Origin: Tubiluchus corallicola
Lineage: Eukaryota; Animalia; Priapulida
Assembly: GCA_030141605.1 (NCBI GenBank)
Contig: JAQGDQ010000001.1
Span: forward strand, 434,001 to 498,000
Direction of reading: 5' to 3'
Length of the DNA: 64,000 bases
Part shown: one piece after another, positions 28,761-40,400 of the stretch
Position numbering within the stretch: position 1 is the first letter of the stretch
How the letters are laid out: each line of letters opens with the position of its first letter
The notes under the pieces: model-generated
Database searches by the model: none
What the model saw: the letters and a program-made list of their open reading frames with translations, nothing else
What the model was told of the DNA's origin: nothing
Program-made: the position numbers and the translations under genes

Positions 28761-29966
28761 GAAACCGCCAAATTAGATCCAGTTGAACTCAATATAAATT
28801 TAATTTTCGTCATCGTAGACCAACGTCAGATAAGTTTTTTGGGAAGGGTTAAAACAGTTTTAAGTTTTTCTTTAATCTTTGCCCGATGTACTACAACTAC
28901 ATCCTAACAGAACACATTGTGCTGTAAGTTAAGTGGGAAACGGTGATAAAATTAGATAAGCCCTACGCTTAAATAGGAAAAACAGTTAAAAAGCTTATGT
29001 CGGAAAAAGCTTAACCTTGAAAATTTAGCGTGGTCACTTGTCACATATTCTTGATATCCAATCGTCGTTTTTATTATTTAATTAGTGCAGACTAGCTGAC
29101 GGTGGAGTTTGTGGCTTCGCGCCTTGTAGTTTTTAGCTTGGTAAAAATATTAATGTTTAAAAGGGGTGCAGCTCATCCCAAGTTCTCCTGTTCCTCAGAA
29201 ATAATGACAAGAAAACGGGTAAAATACTGGGAGGGTTTTTTGTACCTGCTTTCTCCCGGTGTCCGCGTTCAAAGATAAACAATATAAAAAGGCGTTAATG
29301 ACTCTACATTTAAAATGATACGCATCATTAAAACTCAAAATCCAAGCTGGTGCTGTGTTGTCGTTTCAGGTGTATAAGGAAATTGTGTGATTGTATATGA
29401 GGTCATTTACCAATTCATGAAGTTGCGTACCAGCAAAATTAGGCCTATATAATGTTGCGTGATGTCAGCGACTACTGTAGCTATAGAAATATCAGCAAAA
29501 GCAGCAACGACAACATCACCATGATAATCTTTCCAAGTTAAGAATAGTGACTATCACGGTTTATCACCGTTTCCCACCTAAACTTATAACACATTGTATA
29601 ACGTATTATTACACATTTTTTGTAAAAAAAAGAAACAGTAGTATTTTTTTGTTTTTTGAAACTCTCTTAATTGTCGTGATGTCATGCCACAAATTGCATA
29701 GTCAATACCTTAATGGCAATCGCATATGAAAATTTCCTTAAAGGTATATATGGCAGACACCGGATAACAAAAGAAAAGTTTAAAATCCCCTTAAAACTAT
29801 ATAGTTAAAATGTAGGAAGTAGTTGTAGTACATCGGGCAAAGATTAAAGAAAAATTTAAAACTGCTTTAACCCTTCCCAAGAAACTTACCTGACGTTGGT
29901 CTACGATGACGACAATTAAATTTATATTGAGTTCAACTGGATCTAATTTGGCGGTTTCGTGTCAGC
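28753..29966. repeat. About 150-bp inverted repeat pair (28753-28900 / 29818-29966) enclosing a nested MITE
   Basis: gctgacacgaaaccgccaaattagatcc...gtactacaactac is matched in reverse complement with few mismatches. Confidence 0.85.
28921..29590. mobile_element. MITE with about 30-bp TIRs and an acattgt direct flank
   Basis: gctgtaagttaagtgggaaacggtgataaa / tttatcaccgtttcccacctaaacttataac. The flanking duplication is 7-9 bp depending on the boundary chosen. Confidence 0.65.
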
Positions 29967-31195
29967 AGATATAAAAGTGCACATGGCCTATTCAGAAAAA
30001 ATATCAGAAAAGTATTTCAAGGTCATTCAAGCTCAAGGTTATTCAAAATGGCCACAAACAAATCTTTAAAGTCAAAATTATCATAACTAGGAAGCATTTT
30101 AGACTATATAAATATATTATTATAGATATAAAAGTGCATACAGTTCATCAGAAAAATAGTGTTTCGAGATCATTCAAAATGGGCACCGATACAGCATTAG
30201 TCGAAATTGATCAGTTAGAAAGCATTCAATATGGCATAAAGTTGAGTTATTTAGACTTTAAAGTGCAGCCATTTTGAATGGCCTAGACTTAGAATAACAT
30301 TGAAACACTATTTAGCTGATAGATCATTTGTACTTTTATAACAGCTGATGATACATTCATGCAATCTTAAATGCTATTTAGTTGACATATTGTGACTACA
30401 AAGCCATGTTAGTGGCCATTTTGATTTTAAAACCCTATAACTTTTTTCGCCAAAGCAGATTTCACAGAATTTTTAAATATCTTATTCGGACTTATTCCGG
30501 ATGGCTTTCTTAGATGTCTGTACAAAACTTCAGCTTTACATTACTTTTGTTTGTTTTTAGGCTAATGTGACTGTACTATATCCATTATACCATTAAGGTA
30601 TGCCTTAGATAATTTTCAGTTATGGACTAAAACCATGGACAGTTTTCCTTTAATAAGCCTCAATTCCAAATAAAACAACAAAATACTAACAACCATCCGG
30701 ACTCCAAAGCTTATTCACCTCAGAAATGATTATACAAATGAAGGTAAATGACACGTTGAGACATGATACTATAAATCATTGCACCATTAATATAAATTAC
30801 TATCCTGCTGTTGTGCCAACTCATTTATTTGCATCTGCTTCTACAGAGTGAGATACAGGTATAATGAAAAATCTAATATTCAAATGAAATTCACCAAACA
30901 GAATAGAACAAAGGAACTTAAATAAATTCATTTTCTCTGCATTATGATGTTCATAGAAGTTGTTATTTAAAACACTTTTTTACCAAAGAAGCGATATCTG
31001 ACCAATATAAAGTGATTATAAGAAATGACAAGACAGTGTAAACAACATTTTTTAAATCTAAATAGATTTGCAACACATCAAAACTACATATAATATGAAA
31101 TACATTGTGTATATCATCTTGTGCTAGGTATATCACTACATTTCAGGAAACTGTTGACAAGCAAATTGTTGTTTAGTCAAAGGTATTTTGATGCA

Positions 31196-31843
31196 TCAAT
31201 TTTGTTGTAGTGAGAAAATCAAATTGCGCAGCCAAGCACGTTTACCAGTTATAAATGACTGTGTCAGCTCTTGTTTGTCTTTTTCAAGTAAATTACAATC
31301 TTGGTTAGTCACATATTTTTCGCACAGCTTCTGAGCTATGCAAATAACATACATGCCACAATCATAGCCATTCTTTTGCTGTGGACAGTCCTCATCCACA
31401 AACTCACCAAGCTCACCCCACATGAATCTAACAAACTGTTTCATGAGTCGAAGTGCAGCAGGGCGGTTGCTCCCAGATATCGGATCGTAGTGGAAAGTTT
31501 TTTTGCCCTTTACATCTATTACAAGCAGACTCCAGTGAGTTCCACCTGTTGTCACCAATGAACTGTTGTCATTCACAGCACAAAAGAGAAACCGTTTTGA
31601 TGTTAGATGAAGTGGCGCTAAAGACACTTTCAGCTCCTCCACACTGTCAATCATTTTAACAAATTGTGTCACTTCTGGTCCTATGAAGAGTATATCATCT
31701 CTGCTGGTAAACATGACATTTTGGAAATATTCGAATGCAAAACCGATGATCGTGTCATTCAACCAGCCATTTTTCTCCACTGTTTGTAAATCAGATGCTC
31801 GAACAAGGCTATCAAAGAAGCTCAGTATAAGAGGATCTTCCAT
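31196..31843 (-). CDS. SENP8: NEDD8-specific protease (SENP8/NEDP1/DEN1), peptidase C48, 215 aa, single coding exon
   Basis: MEDPLILSFFDSLVRASDL..WLNDTIIGFAFEYF, AVNDN..GGTHWSLLV (catalytic His) and CPQQKNGYDCGMYVI (catalytic Cys) match the SENP8 family. The true ATG is at 31843; the ORF track start at 31900 is a TTG. AATAAA (-) at 30824-30829. Confidence 0.96.
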   Translation of the reverse strand: MEDPLILSFFDSLVRASDLQTVEKNGWLNDTIIGFAFEYFQNVMFTSRDDILFIGPEVTQFVKMIDSVEELKVSLAPLHLTSKRFLFCAVNDNSSLVTTGGTHWSLLVIDVKGKKTFHYDPISGSNRPAALRLMKQFVRFMWGELGEFVDEDCPQQKNGYDCGMYVICIAQKLCEKYVTNQDCNLLEKDKQELTQSFITGKRAWLRNLIFSLQQN

Positions 31844-31915
31844 CACATACAAACTTATACAACTTGTGATGCAAAAAACTATAAAAAACGTTTGAACCAA
31901 AATCGGGAGCAGTTT

Positions 31916-32146
31916 CTACTTCTCAGCTGGTTGGCTACTATAAGTTTTCATGGCATGAAATGCTTTGGCAACATCTGGATTTTCGTTTGCAAACTTTTCT
32001 GGTGTGTTTATATTTAGCCATTCAGAAGTTTTCATTTGCGATTTTAGTTTTTCGAGTAATTGTTCTAGTGTTTCATTCTCTGGTAAAGAATCCTTGTTGC
32101 TGTTGTCACTGTCAAGGTTTTCTTTTCCATGAGCAGACATTTTCAT
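31916..32146 (-). CDS. Unknown 76-aa small protein (MKMSAHGKENLDSD...LEQLLEKLKSQMKTSEWLNINTPEKFANENPDVAKAFHAMK...) directly upstream of SENP8
   Basis: Open frame with protein-like composition (amphipathic helix), preceded by a strong acceptor ttttttgttatttttAG (exon starts 32157). Its stop is 72 nt before the SENP8 ATG. No family recognised. Confidence 0.55.
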   Translation of the reverse strand: MKMSAHGKENLDSDNSNKDSLPENETLEQLLEKLKSQMKTSEWLNINTPEKFANENPDVAKAFHAMKTYSSQPAEK

Positions 32147-32991
32147 ATAATCACAGCCTAAAAATAACAAAAAAGTTGTTAATGTTTTAAATAGTTGTGG
32201 CGACTTGACATAAGCACAAAATCACTGCAAGAGGTTAATTTTACAGTTTAACAGTGCTTCAAAAATGCGTGTAATTGATCCAGATCAGTACTACTTTCTA
32301 CTGGGCAAAACAACTTACACAACCACCAAAAACTTAAAATTCATGACAGTGATTGCCGTTTTATGATGCTCTATGTGTGGATGGAAGTGAAGTAGTTCTT
32401 ATGCAATCATTTTGATGTAATGTAGTATGACAAAAAACAAGCCCGAAAACAAGTTTTTTTGTACAGAGTAAAAGCACAAAAAGTATATGAAAAGTACATA
32501 CATGCTAAAGTGACTTGATAAAAATAATTTAATTTCTTTAAGTTAGGCACGAGCCAAGAGGACTAGGAGGGTTCTACAGCACATCCATCAGCATGTGCTA
32601 GGCAATCGAAATTAAGAACGCCACCGACAATCAGATTTGGTACTGGCTCTGATAAGTTTCATTTGTCACACTAATTGTTGAAGCTTACTTCAGTTTTCAC
32701 AGAGGGCAGATCAGAATATGACTAAAACACTTCTGTTGGTTCATCTTAAAGGCATAGCCTTAATAATGAACAAAGTCTGAACTAGCTTTACCTATCCATC
32801 TTGGGTAAGCCATGCTGTTTATTGATGAACATGCTTCGCAGTGTGTCAAATTTCGTAAAAGTTTTGACTCACTAACTTAAATTAAATTCAGGTATAGATT
32901 TTAGGTACAAAGACTACAAAGTACAAAGAAACTTACAAGACCTTAAAGTGCTGGGAAGAGCAACAAAATTTCATTTTAACTAAATATTTTC

Positions 32992-33070
32992 AACTACAGA
33001 GTTTTAACAAATCAAAGTTGGGTACACAAAACTACAGAGTTTTAACAAATCAAAGTTGGGTACACAAAAC
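32992..33070. repeat. 38-bp tandem duplication
   Basis: aactacagagttttaacaaatcaaagttgggtacacaa x2. Confidence 0.9.
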
Positions 33071-33145
33071 AAGTGTAGTAATCAAGGTCAACTGTACTCA
33101 AAACATTTGAGTACAAACATCCCAAACTTCATTTAGGCAGTTTAA

Positions 33146-34666
33146 AGGTCCTATGACACTATTTTTATGCTAGTTTATTTGAAGCCTAAGCAGAATTAAA
33201 ACAGTTTTGATGCATGCTTTTATGTGATATGGTAACTTAAATTAAGCGCCGTTGGTATTGTCACAAATATTATCGCCCGCCATGACACTCAGCACTGTGA
33301 AATCACGTCAGGAAGTGGCAAATACCAGTCACAGTACAGTAGATAGCCAGTGGCCTCAGCAAGCAGAGCACTGTGAACACTGACCAGAGTGGTTATTGCT
33401 GAGTAATGATTTATCTATTAATAAAAACGTTTCTTACTATAGTATTTATCTATTTATAGCAAACAAACTTATAAGAAACAGTTTTTATTTTACAAACATG
33501 CAAGGAACAGCAAATTTATAGCAGCAAACACAGTATGCAAAGAACTATGATGTTATTGTATCATTACTTAAACTGTGTGTATGCTGTATGAACAATAGGT
33601 GTGCCCAGTACTCCCGCGAATTAGATCAAACTGCAAGTAAGCTGCTAGCCACTATTTTGGGTTAGATGCACAGTAAGTAAAGTAATAATTAATCTTTGTA
33701 ACTAATAAAATTAAGTACACAGATTAATCAGTGTACTCCCGTGAATTAGTTCAAGCTGCAAGTAAGCTGCTAGCCTCTATTTTGAGTTTGATGCACAGTA
33801 AGTACGGTAATAATTAATCTTTGTAACTAAATTCCATACTTAATCAAGGTTAGCAGTAAGACATTCGAACCCTACCAGTTTAACAGAAACTCCCCGATTT
33901 TAATAACAACTTTCCTTTCTTCACATTTTGAAATATTTCTCCTGATTTTTTACACGTTAGTTCAACATAAAAATGGCACAAAATGTGACCACAGTAATGA
34001 TAGGACATCCTTTTGCCACAAAAAGAAACGCCCATCTATCCTACTGGGCATGGTGAAAAATGAAGCTTATGCAGTTACACGTAGAATAAAGGTAAGATTT
34101 TACAATTTTATATGCTGATAAAAACGATCGCTGTTTGTCAGGAGCATTGTCTGAACAGGACTTCGGGCAAAAGATACCTTGGCAATGAGACATTTATAAA
34201 ACAGAAGTGATCAGAAAATGAACAAGAAAGCAGCACAGCGCGAAATACCAGTGATGCAATGCTAAAACTTTTACACATTGTACTTCGTTATTAATATTTT
34301 TTCATCTATAAAATATAGTGCATTCAAGTAAGTGTAGACAAACGTATTATTTGAGCTTAACACTAAAATATCAAAATACGAGTACCCAATCTCTTCATTA
34401 CCGGCATATCGCTAGATTTTGCCCACATGTAAATACCGCGAGAATCACATATGCGCATTGTTGTTCCTAACGTGATGTCACTTCCGCTTTTTTCCCCCCA
34501 GATTTTTCGTTTCCCTAAAAATGTCAGTGCAGCACTAAATTTGAAGTGTTTCCACCATTTCAAACTGAAATGCGTATGTTTATAAAAAAATAAAGCCACT
34601 TTTTTGTATCAGGCTAGTCAATAGAGAATTTTGACAGGAAGTGCCTACCAGGGTGTCAGTGGACCT
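33146..34666. mobile_element. Kolobok-like non-autonomous DNA transposon
   Basis: TTAA|AGGTCCTATGACAC ... GTGTCAGTGGACCT|TTAA (12/14 TIR match, TTAA TSD). The internal part 33600-34090 is homologous, inverted, to 820-1200. Confidence 0.7.
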
Positions 34667-34673
34667 TTAAACA

Positions 34674-35306
34674 ACTATTTTCCCGTGTATAAGAGACCCC
34701 TTCAATTTTTAGGCAAAAATTCTGGAAAAAAGTTTTTTGGTAATGAATAACTTTATTCATCATAGAAATCATTAAATTCCTCATCACTCTCATCAAAAAT
34801 ATCAACTGGAGTCAGACCTTCAGCAATTCCAGCCAGTTCATCATCAGAGGAGTCACTCTGCTCAAAAATGGCATTGTCCTCTGTGATGCTCGTATTGCTT
34901 ACAACCACTTCATAGTCGAACGCGACACGCCTTGCTTAGGCTGACTCATCTCGTTGACCTCTGCCGACGTATCAATGACGTCGACGGGCATGCAGAGAGC
35001 TTATGCAGATGCGTTGATTGACTGCAGAACAATCGATTTCTCTCCAATACCAAAGAGACATTTAAAAAATAATAACTTACCCGGTACATTAATTTTATCA
35101 TTAGAATTTAGCCATGGAGAAGATTTATTGAAAGGAAACTATAATTATTCGAAATAAAACAGTTGTAGAGCACTTATTTCTTTAAAATCATTAGTGTCAC
35201 AATTTATGCATCTTATTGAAAAGACTTACTCCCATGTATTTGTAACCCTATTTTTAAAGTGAAAATTCTGAGCAAAAAAGGGTCTCTTATACGCGGGAAA
35301 ATACGG
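34674..35306 (-). mobile_element. Second pogo/Tigger derivative of the same family, inverted, 26 nt past the CDK2AP1 stop
   Basis: Same TIRs, and about 400 bp near-identical to 40849-41250 in reverse complement. Retains the acidic transposase tail EDNAIFEQSDSSDDE...DEEFNDFYDE*. Confidence 0.88.
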
Positions 35307-35332
35307 TAGTTAACATATCTGTGGCATACGCG

Positions 35333-35545
35333 TTACATCCGCGCACTCCTTTCTGTCTCCATTAAGCATTCACGAACAAGTATACGGGCATGAACAATGC
35401 CCCGTTTCAATCTTTCAGCTGAAGTTTTGCTTCCAGAATAGGTAGGACGAATATCTTTGCCCATATCTTCGATGACAGCCAGGAGTTGTCCATATTTTGT
35501 CTGTGGCTGCTGCTGTTGTACTATCCTTTGTGTGTGTGATGATGT
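35333..35545 (-). CDS. CDK2AP1: CDK2-associated protein (DOC-1, NuRD subunit), coding exon 2
   Basis: Acceptor gttctttAG, phase 0. Translates to [70 protein letters not shown], the CDK2AP family C-terminal helical domain. Confidence 0.95.
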   Translation of the reverse strand, partial: TSSHTQRIVQQQQPQTKYGQLLAVIEDMGKDIRPTYSGSKTSAERLKRGIVHARILVRECLMETERSARM

Positions 35546-35695
35546 CTAAAGAACATAGACTAGATGAATTATCAGAAAAGTGAAACCCCAGAGGAATTTT
35601 CCTAAACATAGCTAGCTTTATCAATTTCACTAAGCTAAATTCAAAAACATTCCCATAAACGAAAATGAAAAATGGCACCAGGTTTCTATAATATG

Positions 35696-36784
35696 CAGTT
35701 TAACAGAATGGGGAAAACTTGGCTCATTTCGCCTAAAAGTTATGAGACCTTGCATAATGCTAGAATTTTCATCCTCAAAAGCTGTTGTTAGAGCAGATAA
35801 GATGAAAATTTTGGTGACTAAATATATGTTTTCAAGGTCGAGAATCTATAACTGATCTTTAAAACACTGACGGCATTACCACAATGAGGATTTCGAGACG
35901 GTCACCAAGATGACTTCAGCTGCTTGTATAATATATTAGCTATAATGTATGTTCTAAGGCAAATAGGATGATGATTTTGATTTTATAGGTCAGGATTAAA
36001 GTTCAAATAGGACTTTAAAGGTCAAGAATCGGAAGTGTATCCAATATGGCTGCCATTTTCAAGATGGCCAAAAAGATGGCTGTCGCTAGTTTATAAAGGC
36101 CATATGAAATTGTGTACGCTACAGGCCCTGTGAAAGCATCAGCACTCTCACCATTCAATGCCAATACTGGTCACTGTCAGACTTCAGCATATGCAATGAA
36201 AAGAAAATGATGACTTGGCCCACATGGAGACGGTAGCAGAAGCCCTGGTAGATGAGTGAACTCATTTCTGTGCTGGAACATTTTGATGTACTCACTGATG
36301 TTAGTTTTAAACCACGTAGGAACATGTTCACCAAAAAGGGAAGGACAATGTCGGCAATTTCTTCAATATCTGCCACACTGTTGCATCAGACAGGATACTG
36401 TTACGCCAGGCACTGCTCAACTTTAGCATTACTGAAGGGGCTGAAAAGGTCCACTGAAGGGATATGGGAACCACACTGGACATTAAGACATGAAGCACGT
36501 CAACAACTCAAATGTTGCTGTCGTCTAGCCAAAGGATGTCGTGACAGATGTACTCATGTCTAAGTAAGTCTTGTTTGTACAGTTCTGTGTGACAGTTAAT
36601 GCAACAGGTTGCAAAGTAGCTATCTATGTAGGTTTTATAAATCTAAACTTGAACCATTTGTTTTTAAGATTCTTTGTCAGATTCTATACTGAAGGTAATG
36701 TGCATGTATTGATACTGTTGATATTATTAAAGTTCAACACGAATAATTGTAATTCTTCCCCCATACATAATTGATCTTTAAAAC

Positions 36785-36822
<38 letters not shown>

Positions 36823-37079
36823 AAATACAAGCAGCCGCAGCAATCTTGAAATTCTAAATAAGATGAAGCCACAGGTACTTTAAGCATCAGATGTGGATAC
36901 CACAACAATGAAAATCTATATTTAGTTCGTATATCTATATCGAAAACCTCACATTGACAGTCACCAAAATTGTCACCTTATCTGTTCTAACAGTTAGGAT
37001 ATGGCCTAGTCTCGTAAGGATAGGGTGTCTCGTAACTTTTACGCAAAATGAGCAATTTTTCCACCATTCTGCTGGACTA
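35696..37079 (+). mobile_element. Academ-like DNA transposon remnant in the CDK2AP1 intron
   Basis: Degenerate TIRs of about 55 bp ending GGACTA. Internal FTKKGR..., WEPHWT...LKCCCRLAKGCRDRC...LVCTVLC resembles the Cys-rich C-terminus of Academ transposases. Confidence 0.6.
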
Positions 37080-37837
37080 GATGTCATGGGCCCAGAGGCC
37101 CACTTTGTTATTTGCTTTTAGTCTTGCCAGCATGGACTATTTTAGTCCTTTTGGATCTGGCAGTTTTTAATATTTAACAAGGGCAAATTGAAAAATAATC
37201 TGCTTTTTCTCTGGTTGAAAATAAATCTTTAGGTGAAACAGCTAATATAAATGAATGATTGGCATAATTTCATTTTAAAAATGGCACCCATTTCTGAAAT
37301 GGCAATAACTGGAATAGATGTCATAATCGCTTCTTAATATTTATTTTCTGGGAATTTCTTTTGAATTATATAAAGCTTGAGCAAAAACTTGCCAATCATT
37401 TTGCTTTTATGTTTTCGGCCATTTTCGCTAATTTTCAAGCTAGCTAGCAATAGCTTTGGTTGTCAAACTGATAAGAATTTTAGATGTCAACACCTCTAGA
37501 ACTTTATAAAAACACCTTTTCAGGATTTTCTCCTAGTCTGTTATCCATTTGAGAATCCTGAGTACAAATAGTATTAAGTAGTTATGAAAAAAATAAACAA
37601 AAGAAATCACATAAACCATGTCAACATGCACAGGCAGCATCATGCACCAGACACTGACAAATTTGATTATTTTATTTACGAACAGCAAATGCAACAAAGG
37701 CAAGTATCATAAAATTAATAAACAACAATAAAAATAGATCATGCATTATGAACACAATTAACATGAATGCAAAACTCTTACACTGGGCTGGGCAAACATA
37801 CATTATAAAATGCAAAATGTTAAAGATTTTATTATAA

Positions 37838-38210
37838 CTAGCAAAGGCCCCGCAAAAAATTTTGCATATATAAATCCACTCACAATCAACAATGCGCAAA
37901 CATTCTATCTAGTTTATTTACCTAACGCAAAGCCAGCAGCGGCTTTTGCAGAATTAAAGTTATAGGGTTAGGTGCCGAGTATACTGGAATAATGGTATAA
38001 TGAACGGGCTATCTGTCCATAGCCAGCACCAGCTTAAGCCTGTTCCCGTTCTCCAGAAATAAGGGGTATAAAATAAAAGGCCACTTTTGGAGGTTTCTCG
38101 TCCCCCATTCAGCCGGGAGGACCAGATTAAAAAAAAGTTCAATAATCACCGCAAATGGTGCCGTCTTCGGAGCTGTAGCCTCGAATCTTATATAATATAT
38201 ATATACAAGA
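37838..38210 (-). mobile_element. Short Helitron-like element
   Basis: A|TC 5' end and CTAG|T 3' end on the minus strand. Both ends are homologous to a second copy at 38261-40790. Confidence 0.5.
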
Positions 38211-38780
38211 TTCGAGGCTACAGCTCCGATATATATATACCACCGAAATTAATATATAGACTAGCCAAACCCCGCAAAGGAATTTTGCACATACACTCAC
38301 AGCAACAATCCACACCACACCACACCACCCACACAACACACCTAACACATTATAGGTTTACATATCAAATGTAGATTTAGGTAATTCATATGTGTCTTGG
38401 TAACTCAAATGTAGACTCAAGTAGTTCAAATGTATTAACAATGGTTTTTAACAAATCATAAGCGTTTTTAGTAAGTCAAATGTAGACACATGTCAAATGT
38501 GGATAGGTGGTAAAGCTTAAGGATGTTAAATTTAATCTCCTTTAATCTTAATTTAATGACTGCTGTGAAAATAATAACTTTATAGGTCTACTAATAGTTC
38601 ACTAATCTTCTGTAAACTTTACATACCATTGGAACTGTTAGGGAAAACAATGCATTCTTAAAATAAACAATGTTTCTTGAGAGAAACTATTTCATTATTG
38701 CAGTGCTAATGCATTACTTAAAAAACTAATTAGTGATTCACTGTTCATTAGGAACCGATTTATTCTTTTCTGCCGACATT

Positions 38781-39813
38781 ATGGTTTATCAAATAATTTC
38801 GTTTGAGGATAAACAACTCATTTTTCAAAGTTATAAAAGAGGTGATGATTACTTACATCTTGCACAGCAACTTAGTATAAAAAAATCAACTGCGTGGCTA
38901 TTATTAAGACAGCACTGGAGGGTAGAATTGTCAAACCACGTGGCGGCTTCAGAAGAAAGCTCGTCAATGAAGAAATGGGAGACTATGCAATTAATCTTAT
39001 AGAGACTCATCCAGAATTTATACGCTAGAGCAAGTCATTGCGTCTATGCATCGAGACATGCCTGAGAAACCACGCACATCCCGCTCAAGGTTAGCCAATG
39101 TGCTAAAAGGGCGTCTGATTGTAAAGAAAAAGTTAGAAGACGCTGTAGCAGATAGAAATAGTGAAAGAGTGAAGCAAGAACACTTTCTATATGCACACTG
39201 GTTGATGGAGAGAGGTTTGCAATGTGAAATTATATTCATTGACGAAGCGGGCATAAACCTGTGGATGAAGAGGACGAGAGGAAGGGCAATCCAGGGTCAG
39301 AGAGCCGTGCGAGTTGTGCCTAGTCATCGCGGAAGCAATCTTACCATGACTTTTGCAGTAAGCAATACAAATGGCCTGATATATTATTCCTTAACAGAAG
39401 GTGGAATGAACAGAAAATGTTTTAATAATGCATTTCTTCAAGACGTAACAGATAATCTGCATGACGATGGTCGGGAAAAATTTTTCATTTTTGACAATGC
39501 ACCTGCTCATAGGGGAGCAGCCTTGCTGCCAGATTTGAGCCTACCAATTCAAATTAAGAGGCTTCCTCCTTATTCTCCCTTTTTAAATATTGTCAAGAAT
39601 GTATTCAATCAGTGGAAGGCTGAGATGAAGTGTCTTCTTGCAGATACTAGAGAAAATCTTCTAGTGGAGAATCACGGCCAGAGAATGGCAACATTAGCTC
39701 AGTTAGCAGAACAGTCTGTTAATATCATAACACCCGCAGATGCAGCCAATTATTTTCAGCCTATGCAGCAGTATATACCATGCTGCTTAACCTACGATGA
39801 TATTCTAATGTAA
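38781..39813 (+). pseudogene. Tc1-like DDE transposase, frameshifted, with the catalytic Glu replaced by Lys
   Basis: HTH-like N-terminus from the ATG at 38781, frameshift near 38910, then IIFIDEAG, FIFDNAPAH and LPPYSPFLNIVK (normally NPIE). Confidence 0.85.
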
Positions 39814-40247
39814 ATCTTGTTCATATTAAATTTTTATTCATGTTTGTTGTTCATTTATTGTTCATGAGTCAGCGGTACTATATATCTAAAATGCTGGTCT
39901 TGAGCATTGATTACAATTTTAATTTTGCAGATTTGATTAATTATTCAAAAAATGTTTCGTAAAACGTTGACAAAATGTAAAATGTAGAATAGTGTATATA
40001 TTAATAATTGTGTGATTGTTAACTTATTTATGTACAACGTTTTTAAGTGTTCTTATCAAATAAACATTTTCTTTACATTTGAAAAATGTATTAACGTCCA
40101 TACAAATAGTTGCAAATTAATTAAATATAATAAAAATTGATGCTGCCGATAGCACCATGACCACAAAAGATCACTTTAATTTGGTTTTATCTTTTTGTAA
40201 TTTGCACTTAAATTAGTTAATTACCAATTTATTCAAAGTACCGCATC

Positions 40248-40400
40248 TACATTTGACTTACCTAAGTCACATTTGAGTTACCAAAACACATTCGAAATTC
40301 CTATGACTACATTTGACTTACCTAAGTCACATTTGAGTTACCAAAACACATTCAAAATTCCTATGCCTACATTTGACTTACCTAAGTCACATTTGAACTT
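40248..40400. repeat. 60-bp tandem repeat (about 2.5 copies) in the right subterminal region of the Tc1 element
   Basis: ctacatttgacttacctaagtcacatttgagttaccaaaacacattc.aaattcctatg recurs at a 60-nt period. Confidence 0.9.

Noticed and set aside
31844-31900. Hydrophobic N-terminal extension of SENP8 in the ORF track
   Set aside because: It starts at a TTG; family homology begins at the ATG at 31843.
35415-35678. 87-aa ORF in the track
   Set aside because: Wrong frame; it overlaps the real CDK2AP1 exon.
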